Assembly (NCBI GenBank): GCA_050633305.1 | Contig: JBOEGF010000004.1 | Coordinates: forward strand, 128,001 to 192,000 | Source: Nannocystales bacterium | Lineage (GTDB): Bacteria > Myxococcota_A > Polyangia > Nannocystales > Nannocystaceae | Direction of reading: 5' to 3' | DNA: 64,000 bases | Shown: positions 40,536 to 52,114 of the stretch, one piece after another | Numbering within the stretch: the first letter of the stretch is position 1 | Layout of the letters: each line of letters opens with the position of its first letter | Notes under the pieces: model-generated | Seen by the model: only the letters and a program-made list of their open reading frames with translations | Database searches by the model: none | What the model was told of the DNA's origin: nothing | Program-made: the position numbers and the translations under genes

Positions 40536-42122
40536 TCAGGATCCCGCTGGGAGGACGCGCAGACGCGCCTTTTCTTCCCGCTCGTTGGCCCGGCGAGCCC
40601 GGCGAGCCTTGAGCGCCTCGTCGCCGAACACCAGCGGTCGGGGGAGGGGTTCGAGCCGCTCGAAGGCCTTGATCCACGCCCGGTACCCGCCGCCTCCGTA
40701 GACGGCTTGCACGGCTGCGTGCCCACTCTCCGCACCGCGCTGGGCGACGAGGTACTCGACATGGGCCCAACGTGGCGACTGGGGACGAATCTGGACCCGC
40801 TTCCCCAGCGCCTTGCGAATCTTCTTGAGGCGCGCCTCGGCTTCCTTGACCCCGATGAACGGTTGACCGTCCAAGGGGGTGTTTTGCTTGGCGACGAAGG
40901 TGGAGAACGTGAGCGTGAGCCGAACCTTGTCGGCGATCTCCTGGTTGAAGGCGATCAGCTCATCGACGTCATCCTCCGTCTCCGTCGGAACGCCGATCAT
41001 GTTGTAGACCTTCATTCCGCGGACGTTGGGGTCGGCGCGGACCAGGTCGGCGGCGCGAAGGATCGACTCGCCCTTGATGCGACGCTGCAGCTGGTCGCGT
41101 AGACGCTGGCTGATGCCATCGGAGGCGACCGTGATCTGTCGGTAGCCACCCCGAGCCAGGTTGGCGACCAGCTCCGGCGTGAGTCGATCTGCGCGAAGAC
41201 TGCTGACTCCGACGCCGCGCCCGGTCTGCACCACGCTATCGATCAGTTCTTCGAGCTTGGGGTGGTCGGTGACTGCGGCGCCGACGAGGCCGACGCGTTT
41301 GGCGGTCTCGGGGATGAGCCCCAGCGGCTCCTTCATGTCGAGCAATCGCATGCCCCCGGTGCTGGGTCCCCGCATGACGCAGAAGGTGCACTGGCGGGAG
41401 CAGCCGCGTTCGGGCTCGACCAGGAACATGTCGGCGAGCTCGGTGTTTGGCGTCGTGATCGCGGAGTAAGCGGGGAGGACTGACTTGTCGACCTTGGCCT
41501 GGGTGGGGAACGCCTCGAAATGCCCGGGCTCCAACTCCCCCCGGATCGCGTGCGGCATCGAGGCAACCGCCTCGATCGCGGTGCTCCTATGTTTGTTGCT
41601 GAGGATCCGGTCCACCGCCAGCGGGAGCTGCTCCTCGCCCTCGCCGAACATCAGGATGTCGACGAACGGGAGCAAGACGCTGGGGTTGGTCGTCGTCAGC
41701 GGACCGCCGGCGAGCAGAATCGGGTCACGGGGTCCCCTGTCCTTGGCGTACAGGGGAATCCCGGCACCCTCGAGAAGGCGGATGACCCCCGTGATCTCGA
41801 GCTCGTACGACATCGACATCGCCAACACCCGGTAGTCGGAGATCGGTCGCCGCTGCTCGTAGCTGAGCATCGGGTCCTTGGGCGCTGGCCACTTCAGGGA
41901 CGCGGGCTCCCAGTCGTCGGGGAGGAACGCTCGGTGTGCGCCAGGGCCCTCGGTGTTGAGGATCCGGTACAGGGTTTGGAAGCCGAGCGCCGACATGCCC
42001 ACCCGATACGGACTCGGGTAGATCATGCACACCGGGGCCGGGCGTTCGAGGCCCATGGTCCCGTGCTCGGCTGCCAGGCGCTCCTCGATGAGAAGGCGTG
42101 CGCGATCGCGAGGACTAGGCAT
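40536..42122 (-). CDS. Radical SAM protein
   Basis: YPSPY.VGMS.LG N-terminus, GGP, RGCSRQCTFC (CxxxCxxC), SSLRAD and MIGVPTET. Confidence 0.9.
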   Translation of the reverse strand: MPSPRDRARLLIEERLAAEHGTMGLERPAPVCMIYPSPYRVGMSALGFQTLYRILNTEGPGAHRAFLPDDWEPASLKWPAPKDPMLSYEQRRPISDYRVLAMSMSYELEITGVIRLLEGAGIPLYAKDRGPRDPILLAGGPLTTTNPSVLLPFVDILMFGEGEEQLPLAVDRILSNKHRSTAIEAVASMPHAIRGELEPGHFEAFPTQAKVDKSVLPAYSAITTPNTELADMFLVEPERGCSRQCTFCVMRGPSTGGMRLLDMKEPLGLIPETAKRVGLVGAAVTDHPKLEELIDSVVQTGRGVGVSSLRADRLTPELVANLARGGYRQITVASDGISQRLRDQLQRRIKGESILRAADLVRADPNVRGMKVYNMIGVPTETEDDVDELIAFNQEIADKVRLTLTFSTFVAKQNTPLDGQPFIGVKEAEARLKKIRKALGKRVQIRPQSPRWAHVEYLVAQRGAESGHAAVQAVYGGGGYRAWIKAFERLEPLPRPLVFGDEALKARRARRANEREEKARLRVLPAGS

Positions 42123-42195
42123 GCAGAATCATCCCCGGACCTGGCCTTGCGTGAGCGGAGACAGGGTTCGGGGACGAGGGGCGGCCACGCGCGGT

Positions 42196-43158
42196 CTAGA
42201 ACCGGACAGAGGCCGACGCACCGCCGCCACGAGGCAACAACGACGGACCGAATCCGGCGAGGTGCGGGCGGGTGGGGGCCGAAGCGTTCTTGTCGCCAAC
42301 CTTGGCGCGCTTGGCCTTTTGGCGCTTGAGACCGACGACCAACAAGCCAACGCCGACGCCGGTCACGACCGCACCGCCCACGAGCAGGGCGATGGTGGCG
42401 GTGTTGTTGCCAGGCAGGCGAGTCTGGTCGAGGTTGAAGACCTCGTCGTCGCTGTAGTTTCCGTCGGGGAAACCGGTGTCCCCTGGGGACGCGAGAGAAG
42501 CGAGGCGGTTGGCCTTGGCACGTGCGAGACCGACCGAGACGCCGCTGCCGATCAGGGTCGCGCCGCCGACGGCGGTGAGAATGATGCCGGTCAGAAGAAC
42601 GGGGTCGGTCTTCTTCGCGTCTTTCTCGTCCCGCTCGCGCTCGGACGCTTCCTCGCGCTCGTCCTTCTTGGAGGTGAGCAGCGGCGAGTCCTCGTCGTCC
42701 TCGGTGGCCGGGGTCAACGTCGTTGTCGTGACTGGCGGAGCGGTGGTGGCTGCGGCAGCCTGGGCGCAACCGGAGCGCTCGATCTCGATGAGCTTCTCCT
42801 GCGCGGCTCCACGCTCGGGGTGGTCGGGCACCAGATCGAGGAACCGCTGGAAGGCGGTCTTGGCCTTCGCACAGTCACCGAGCTCGTACGCGGCCGCGCC
42901 GATGTTGAAGTTGAACAGGTGCAGCTGCGGCGCGTAGTAGTTGTAGGCTTCCTCGAACTTGGCGAGGGCGTCGGCATAGCTGCCAGCTTGGAAGGCCGCG
43001 TCGGCCTCACCGTACAGGCCCTTGGCCCGCTCCATCTTCTGGTCCTCGGTCATGGAGGCAGGATCTGGAGAGCCCGCGGGCTGCGCCGCGAATGCGGCGG
43101 AGGGAAGCGAGAGCGCCGTGGCGAGCGCGACGGCGATGGGGGCGTTCATCGAAAACAT
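42196..43158 (-). CDS. Exported tetratricopeptide-repeat protein
   Basis: Signal peptide, TPR helices (A...F..AY....LFNIG..Y..LG), hydrophobic hairpins and a C-terminal GGGASASVRF. Confidence 0.75.
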   Translation of the reverse strand: MFSMNAPIAVALATALSLPSAAFAAQPAGSPDPASMTEDQKMERAKGLYGEADAAFQAGSYADALAKFEEAYNYYAPQLHLFNFNIGAAAYELGDCAKAKTAFQRFLDLVPDHPERGAAQEKLIEIERSGCAQAAAATTAPPVTTTTLTPATEDDEDSPLLTSKKDEREEASERERDEKDAKKTDPVLLTGIILTAVGGATLIGSGVSVGLARAKANRLASLASPGDTGFPDGNYSDDEVFNLDQTRLPGNNTATIALLVGGAVVTGVGVGLLVVGLKRQKAKRAKVGDKNASAPTRPHLAGFGPSLLPRGGGASASVRF

Positions 43159-43164
43159 GTGGGT

Positions 43165-43908
43165 CTAACCGAACGGGTTGACGGTGGAAGACTTCTTCTT
43201 CGAGCCGGAAGTCTTCTTCTTCGCGGGCCGAGTCCCGCTCCTCTTCTTCTTCTTTTTCTTCTTCTTGGTCACCGGCTTGGGTGCGTCGGCAGCCGGCGTC
43301 TCGCCAGGCGTGCCAGCGGCCGGGACCGCGCCGGGCGTACCCGGTGCTGGCGTTGCGCCAGGCGTCGTGGGAGTGCCAGCAGCTGCGGGTGTACCTGGGG
43401 CGCCGGGCGTCCCTGGAACTGCGCCGGGCGTACCGGGAACCGCCCCGGCGACCGCGGGGGTTCCCGCTGCGGGTGGGGTCGCTCCTGGGGCTGGAGGGGG
43501 AGCCTCGGCAGGCTTCTTCTCGCCGTCCGCGGCGTCGGCCTTTTGCTCCGTCTTGTCGTCCTTCTCCGCGACTTGCTCGTCGTCCTTACCGCCGAGGACG
43601 ATGATCGCAGCGACACCGATCGCAGCAATTGCGCCTCCGATGCCGAGACCCAGACCAAGCCCCAGGCCGCCCTTTTTCTCGGGCTCTGGGTAGTCCACCG
43701 GGGTGCCCTGGTGTGGGGCAACCACGTTGGCCCCGCCACCTGAGGGTCCCGGAGCCGACGGGGCTGGGCCCACGGTCGTCCCGCCAGGGACGGGTACCGG
43801 CTGTTCTTGTTCTGCCTCTTCGGGCATCGTCGGCGTCATCGCCAACTCATCCACGAGTTGCCCTAGAAGGTCGTCAAACGCGTCCGCGTCTTGTCTTGCG
43901 TTGCTCAC
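43165..43908 (-). CDS. Single-pass membrane protein with a Pro/Gly/Ala/Thr-rich linker and poly-Lys tail
   Basis: TM helix, PG(T/A) repeats, K8 run and NPFG end. Start chosen at GTG 43908 behind a GGGAG RBS. Confidence 0.7.
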   Translation of the reverse strand: MSNARQDADAFDDLLGQLVDELAMTPTMPEEAEQEQPVPVPGGTTVGPAPSAPGPSGGGANVVAPHQGTPVDYPEPEKKGGLGLGLGLGIGGAIAAIGVAAIIVLGGKDDEQVAEKDDKTEQKADAADGEKKPAEAPPPAPGATPPAAGTPAVAGAVPGTPGAVPGTPGAPGTPAAAGTPTTPGATPAPGTPGAVPAAGTPGETPAADAPKPVTKKKKKKKKRSGTRPAKKKTSGSKKKSSTVNPFG

Positions 43909-44127
43909 AACCGTTGCTCCCACTTCCCCTGCACGTGAACCTCGTGTCGAGGTTCCAGTGCGCCGGGAGTGTATCCTTTGGGGGGTTTTAGCGACAAGGG
44001 ATCGACAAGCGAAGGTCCGAAATTGAACCGCGCTCGGTGTAGGGACGTGGGAGATAACATCCACACATCGCCGGGGAATGTCTTGCGACGATCGCGAGGG
44101 GGGGGTGTGCTGCTCATGGTCTCTTCG

Positions 44128-45177
44128 TCATGGCGCCGCGGAGGATGGGACGTCGCGCGAGTGGAATGGCGCCTCAGGCGGGCCGCTGAGGGCTTGTACG
44201 AGGCTCCGGACCCGAAGTACGAGTTCATGGAGCTCGCGGCTCCGGCGACGATTTGGCGCCGGCAGCCCGGTGGCGCGGGGGTGTTGCGGACCGCGCTCGG
44301 ACGGGAGCGAACGCAGATCGCTTGGCCAACTGAGCACACGGTACACCCGCTCATCCATGTACAGGCGGCGTGACACTTCGAGTTGCAACGCGTGCACCCC
44401 TTCGCTCGGTCTTCCGAATGTTCGAACGATCTCGCCCCCCTGGTAGGGATCGTCGCGGCGAACCGACAGGAGCGAGCGGCGGTCCGGGGCGCCGGCGAGG
44501 GCGCTCATCGCGGTGTTGGAGACCGCGTCCGCGCAGCTCGTTCCCTCGAGCGTGCCCAGCACCAGATCGACACCGACGCTGCCCGGCATGCTGTGGGCAT
44601 CGAGCAGCACCGCGTACCCGAAACGCTTGCGCCGGCGCTCGAGCAAGACCTCGAGTGCGCGGTAGTACGGTCGATGAAACCGAGCGATGCGGGACTCGAA
44701 CGCGGGGTACGACAGCGGCGGCGTCAGGATGCGCGTGGTCCCACGGACTCCCGTCATCGCGGATGCCCACACCACCCCGCGACCCGGCCGGTCCCAGCCG
44801 AGCGGGGCCGGGCTGCCAGGGACTCCTGGTTTCATCCGGGCTCGCGGCGCCGGATGATCTGGCACAAGCTGGCGCGCCACATCATCGTCGGCGCGGTTGA
44901 GATCGACGACCAGGCGAGAAAAGTGGGCGGTGACCGTCGCAGCACCGAGGGTGGGAACGCCCGCGTACAGGGTTTGGACCTCGTAGTCTGCGTTGCGGGA
45001 GAACTCGACCTGCGGCTTGGGGCGTAGCTCGTGGGGCCAGGCAAGACCGACGTGCGGGAAGCTGACCACAAGCGGAGACCAGCTGTGTCCAGGTGCGAAT
45101 TGGAAGGGAATCCGCGCACCTTCAGGCAGGCCGACGTCTTCGGGCGTGAGCTGCTCAAGATGGGCGGGGGGCGTCAT
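44128..45177 (-). CDS. N-formylglutamate amidohydrolase family
   Basis: SFPHVG, SRLVVDLNR, FHRPYY, LLDAHSMP, PYQGG and HALQLEVSRRLYMDE. Confidence 0.88.
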   Translation of the reverse strand: MTPPAHLEQLTPEDVGLPEGARIPFQFAPGHSWSPLVVSFPHVGLAWPHELRPKPQVEFSRNADYEVQTLYAGVPTLGAATVTAHFSRLVVDLNRADDDVARQLVPDHPAPRARMKPGVPGSPAPLGWDRPGRGVVWASAMTGVRGTTRILTPPLSYPAFESRIARFHRPYYRALEVLLERRRKRFGYAVLLDAHSMPGSVGVDLVLGTLEGTSCADAVSNTAMSALAGAPDRRSLLSVRRDDPYQGGEIVRTFGRPSEGVHALQLEVSRRLYMDERVYRVLSWPSDLRSLPSERGPQHPRATGLPAPNRRRSRELHELVLRVRSLVQALSGPPEAPFHSRDVPSSAAP

Positions 45178-45422
45178 CGGGCCAGGCGCAGAGCGGCAGC
45201 ATAGCGAGCGAAACGAGGTTTTGTGGCATTGCTGAGAAAAACCGCCGCAGCCTCGGAAAATCGAGCGCAGAGGCGGTCGTATCCAGTGGACCCGTGGCAC
45301 GTCACCGGCGTCCACCCGCGCGCCCCCGAGGCCCGCGCCACACAGTGTGGCACCCGTGAACACCATGGACCCCATGGACACGGGGGACTTGGGTGGGGTG
45401 GATGACGGCGGTTCCGGACCCA

Positions 45423-45478
45423 CCGCTGCGGCGAATCTCTCTTCTTCCTCGGAGGTTCGCTGCGGCGGGGACTTTTTT
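45423..45478 (+). terminator. Plus-strand stem-loop with U-tract (orphan terminator)
   Basis: CCGCTGCGGCGAATCTC pairs with GAGGTTCGCTGCGGCGG (17 bp with G-U) and is followed by GGACTTTTTT. Confidence 0.55.
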
Positions 45479-45500
45479 GGGGCGGGGTCGCGGGCGGAGG

Positions 45501-48407
<2,907 letters not shown>

Positions 48408-48486
48408 CGTGAGGGAGGAGACTAGCGTGATCCGGGCCAGGAGCGAGGTCGCGCCTGATAGGTCGCGAGGGGTATACCTGCGCGGG

Positions 48487-50298
48487 ATGATGTCGCTTCG
48501 GTTCACCTCGCTCGTTCTGGGGCTGTCGCTGCTTGGCGGTGGGTGCAAGACTGCAGGACCCGGGCCCGGAGCATTGCCGGCCGACCCGGGCGAGACCACA
48601 ACGTCGCAGGCGGCGCGACCTGTCCCGGTGCGAAGGACCATGCCCGCGGGCGAGGCGGATGGGACCCGCGTCGCGCTGGGCACCCAAGGCGCGGTGACCT
48701 GTGCTGAGGCGAGTGCGAGCGAGGTCGGTATTGCGATCATGAAGAAGGGCGGCAATGCCATCGACGCTGCCGTCGCGGTGGGTTTTGCACTGGCGGTCAC
48801 GCATCCCTCTGCCGGCAACATCGGCGGAGGAGGATTCATGGTCGTCCGCATGGCCGACGGCGACACGGCAGCATTCGACTATCGCGAGCAGGCTCCCGCG
48901 GCAGCCACCCGGGACATGTTCCTCGGCCCCGACGGCAAGCCGACGAGAGAGCGCCTGGTGGGACCCAAGGCCGCGGGCATCCCCGGATCGGTCGCTGGTC
49001 TTGCGCTGGCCCACAAGACCTACGGGCAGCTTCCGTGGCGCGACGTCGTGATGCCGGCGGTGGAACTCGCGCGCAACGGCAACGCCCTGGACAGCTTTCA
49101 CGTCGAGGACATCGAGCGCGGGGTGGGGCGCATTCGGGATGCGGGCTACGACGCATCCGCTGCCTTCTATACGAAACCGGATGGCTCGCTGTATGCGGCT
49201 GGAGAGACTTGGAAACAGCCGGTGCTGGCCGCGACCCTCGAGGCGATCGCCGAGGGCGGGCCCCAGGCTTTCTACGAAGGTCCGATCGCGGAAACGATGG
49301 CGGCCGAGAACGCCGCCGCCGGTGGGCTGTGGACCGCGAAGGACCTCGCTGCGTACGAGGCCAAACGGCGCGAGCCGATCGCCTTCGAGTATCGCGGACA
49401 CGACATCATCACGATGCCGCCGCCGTCGGCCGGTGGGGTGGGCCTGTACCAGATGCTGGCCGCGGCCGAGTCGCTCGATCTTGCGTCGAAACCGTGGCGA
49501 AGCGTGGAGGAGGTCCACCTGCACATCGAGATCGCTCGAAGAACGTACGTGGATCGCAACATGCTGTTGGCGGACCCCGACTACGTCAAACTCCCGCTGG
49601 ACCAGCTGATGACCGAGGCCTACGTCGAGGGGCGGCTCGCCGACATCGACCCCGCTCGTGCGACGCCGTCGAGCGAAGTGCACCCTGGCATCCCGCCGAT
49701 CAAGGAGGAGTCGCATCAGACGACACACTTCTCTGTCGTTGATGCTGCCGGCAACGCGGTCTCCAACACGACCACGCTCAACCTGGGCTTCGGCGCGCGG
49801 TTCGTGCTTCCAAGCTCGGGCGTGCTGCTCAACAACGAGATGGACGATTTCTCCACGCAGCCTGGGGCGGCCAACGTGTTCGGACTGGTGCAAGGCGAAC
49901 CGAACAAGATCGAGCCCGGCAAACGCATGCTCAGCTCGATGACCCCCACCATCGTTGCCAAAGACGGAGCGCTGCGAGCCATCGTGGGCAGTCCGGGCGG
50001 GCCCACGATCACCACGACGGTGCTTCAGGTCATCCGCGCCGTTGTCGACTATGGCCTGACGATCGACGAGGCTGTCGCCGCGCCGCGCGTGCATCATCAG
50101 TGGCAGCCCGACAAGGTCTGGGCGGAGAGCGGCATCGGACCCGATCTACAGTCGGGGCTCGAAGCGCTGGGCCACGAGGTGGACGCTCGCCGCTCGTCGA
50201 TGGGGCACGCGAACTGCATCGAGGTCGATCCGGCCAGCGGTGGGTTCCGGGCGGTCGCCGACACGGTCCGCGATGGTGGCAAGGCTGCAGCGTTCTAG
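48487..50298 (+). CDS. ggt: Gamma-glutamyltransferase (lipoprotein)
   Basis: GGNAIDAAVA, GGGGF, DYRE.AP, QTTHFSVVD (nucleophile Thr), NNEMDDF, SSMTP and GSPGG. Confidence 0.95.
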   Translation: MMSLRFTSLVLGLSLLGGGCKTAGPGPGALPADPGETTTSQAARPVPVRRTMPAGEADGTRVALGTQGAVTCAEASASEVGIAIMKKGGNAIDAAVAVGFALAVTHPSAGNIGGGGFMVVRMADGDTAAFDYREQAPAAATRDMFLGPDGKPTRERLVGPKAAGIPGSVAGLALAHKTYGQLPWRDVVMPAVELARNGNALDSFHVEDIERGVGRIRDAGYDASAAFYTKPDGSLYAAGETWKQPVLAATLEAIAEGGPQAFYEGPIAETMAAENAAAGGLWTAKDLAAYEAKRREPIAFEYRGHDIITMPPPSAGGVGLYQMLAAAESLDLASKPWRSVEEVHLHIEIARRTYVDRNMLLADPDYVKLPLDQLMTEAYVEGRLADIDPARATPSSEVHPGIPPIKEESHQTTHFSVVDAAGNAVSNTTTLNLGFGARFVLPSSGVLLNNEMDDFSTQPGAANVFGLVQGEPNKIEPGKRMLSSMTPTIVAKDGALRAIVGSPGGPTITTTVLQVIRAVVDYGLTIDEAVAAPRVHHQWQPDKVWAESGIGPDLQSGLEALGHEVDARRSSMGHANCIEVDPASGGFRAVADTVRDGGKAAAF

Positions 50299-50984
50299 TG
50301 GGCGTCTCCACCGTCTACCTGTTCGATATCGACGGCACGATCCTCGACGCCCGGGGGGCTGGGCGTCGGGCGATGCAAGCGGGCTTCGAGAGCGTCTGCC
50401 CTGGATGCGGAGACGCGATGCAGGCCGTCCGTTTCGCGGGGATGACCGATCCGGGCATCGCTCGCGCGGCCCTCACCAACGCGGGGCAGCCTGCGGATGA
50501 CGAGCAGATCCAGCGCGTCGTTGGGGCGTACCTCGAGCGGGTCGAGGTCGAGCTGCGCAGCGCCCCTCCTACGGTCTACGACGGGGCTCAAGCGGCCATC
50601 GACCTCGCCCATGCCCAGCCGGGGGCAGCGGTCGGGCTCGGAACGGGAAACCACGTCGATGGGGCGCGGTACAAGCTCGCGACCGTGGGGTTGTGGGCGT
50701 CGTTCTCGTTTGGCGGGTTTGGCAGCGACGCGGAGATCCGAGCCGACATGCTGGCGGTGGGTCGAGACCGAGGCTTGGCGCGGCTGGGTACAACCCTCGC
50801 CCGGACCCGGGTGATCATCATCGGGGATACCCCGCGGGACGTCGAAGCCGCGGCCGCCATCGGAGCGCTTTGCTTGGCCGTGAGTACCGGATCGCACGAC
50901 GCGGACGCGCTGCTACAAGCCGGGGCGGACCGCGTGGTCGACCGCCTCGACCGGCCCGAGGCCCTCGAGTTCCTGGCCGGCTGA
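50298..50984 (+). CDS. HAD-superfamily hydrolase
   Basis: LFDIDGT, GTGN and IGDTPRD. 1-nt overlap with ggt. Confidence 0.9.
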   Translation: MGVSTVYLFDIDGTILDARGAGRRAMQAGFESVCPGCGDAMQAVRFAGMTDPGIARAALTNAGQPADDEQIQRVVGAYLERVEVELRSAPPTVYDGAQAAIDLAHAQPGAAVGLGTGNHVDGARYKLATVGLWASFSFGGFGSDAEIRADMLAVGRDRGLARLGTTLARTRVIIIGDTPRDVEAAAAIGALCLAVSTGSHDADALLQAGADRVVDRLDRPEALEFLAG

Positions 50985-51040
50985 GTCTTTTTTTGCGTGG
51001 TGGCAGGCCGGGACGCCCACTCGTGCGTTGGCCCGCTTGC

Positions 51041-52114
51041 ATGGACCAGATCGGCGACTACGACGTGCTCCGCCCGCTGGGCGAGGGCGGCATGGGGATG
51101 GTCTACGCTGCCAAGGAGCGGCTTTCGGGGCGCGAGGTCGCGCTCAAGACGCTCCGGCCCGAACTTGCGGCGTCCCCGGAGGGCCAGCGGCTGTTCCGCA
51201 GCGAGATGACGATCCTCGCCCACTTGGACCATCCCAACGTCGTTCGCTGCTTGGCGTGCTCCGAGATCGACGGGCAGTTGGTCATGGCGATGGAGTTGCT
51301 CGACGGCCCGAGTTTGCGCGCCATGGTGCAGGACCGAGGCCGGGTTGCCTGGATGACCGCCGTGCAGTGGGTGAGTCAGATCGCCGCCGGCTTGCACGCG
51401 GCCCACTCGCAGGAACCCGCCATCATCCATCGGGACCTCAAGCCCGAGAACGTGTTGATCACCGGGGACGGTGGGACTGCGAAGGTCGCGGATTTTGGGG
51501 TCGCGAAGGTGCTCGAAGCGCTGCATCAGACGACCACGCATTCCGTCGGCACGCTGTCGTACATGAGCCCCGAACAGATCGATGCGGCTCCGGTGGACGC
51601 GCGGGCTGACCTCTACGCGCTGGGTGTCGTGTTCTACGAGTTGCTCGCCGGGGTGCCGCCGTTTCAGAGCGCTTCGCCGCGGGAGCTGCTCAACCTTCAT
51701 TGCACCGCCGCGCCGCCTCCCTTGCCGGACGAGGTGCGGGATGGGCTGCCCAAGGGGGTGGAGCGGCTGGTCTTTTCTCTGTTGGAAAAGCGCCCCGAGG
51801 ACCGCCCGCAGAGCGCTGGAGAGGTCGTCGAGCAACTCGAACCGTTCTCGACCTCGGCGTCGGCGGCAGTGGCTCGAACGACGACAGCGAGCCCGGCGAG
51901 CAAGCCGGCGACTGCGATGCGCCCGGTCGAGTCCTCAGAGCCGGTGGTCAGTACCGATACGATTGCGCTGATCGAGCGGGCAGCGGCACCGGCGACGATC
52001 GGGAACCGGGTGGCTCTCTCCCTTCTTCTCGTCATTACCGCGGTGGGATTCGCGCTGGGGTATGCGAGTCCGTGGTTCACCCCCGCGGCGTCCGGGGTGG
52101 AGGCCTCCCGTTGA
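51041..52114 (+). CDS. Ser/Thr protein kinase with a C-terminal membrane anchor
   Basis: LGEGGMGMV, VALK, HRDLKPEN, DFG, GTLSYMSPE and DLYALG, then a terminal TM helix. Confidence 0.93.
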   Translation: MDQIGDYDVLRPLGEGGMGMVYAAKERLSGREVALKTLRPELAASPEGQRLFRSEMTILAHLDHPNVVRCLACSEIDGQLVMAMELLDGPSLRAMVQDRGRVAWMTAVQWVSQIAAGLHAAHSQEPAIIHRDLKPENVLITGDGGTAKVADFGVAKVLEALHQTTTHSVGTLSYMSPEQIDAAPVDARADLYALGVVFYELLAGVPPFQSASPRELLNLHCTAAPPPLPDEVRDGLPKGVERLVFSLLEKRPEDRPQSAGEVVEQLEPFSTSASAAVARTTTASPASKPATAMRPVESSEPVVSTDTIALIERAAAPATIGNRVALSLLLVITAVGFALGYASPWFTPAASGVEASR

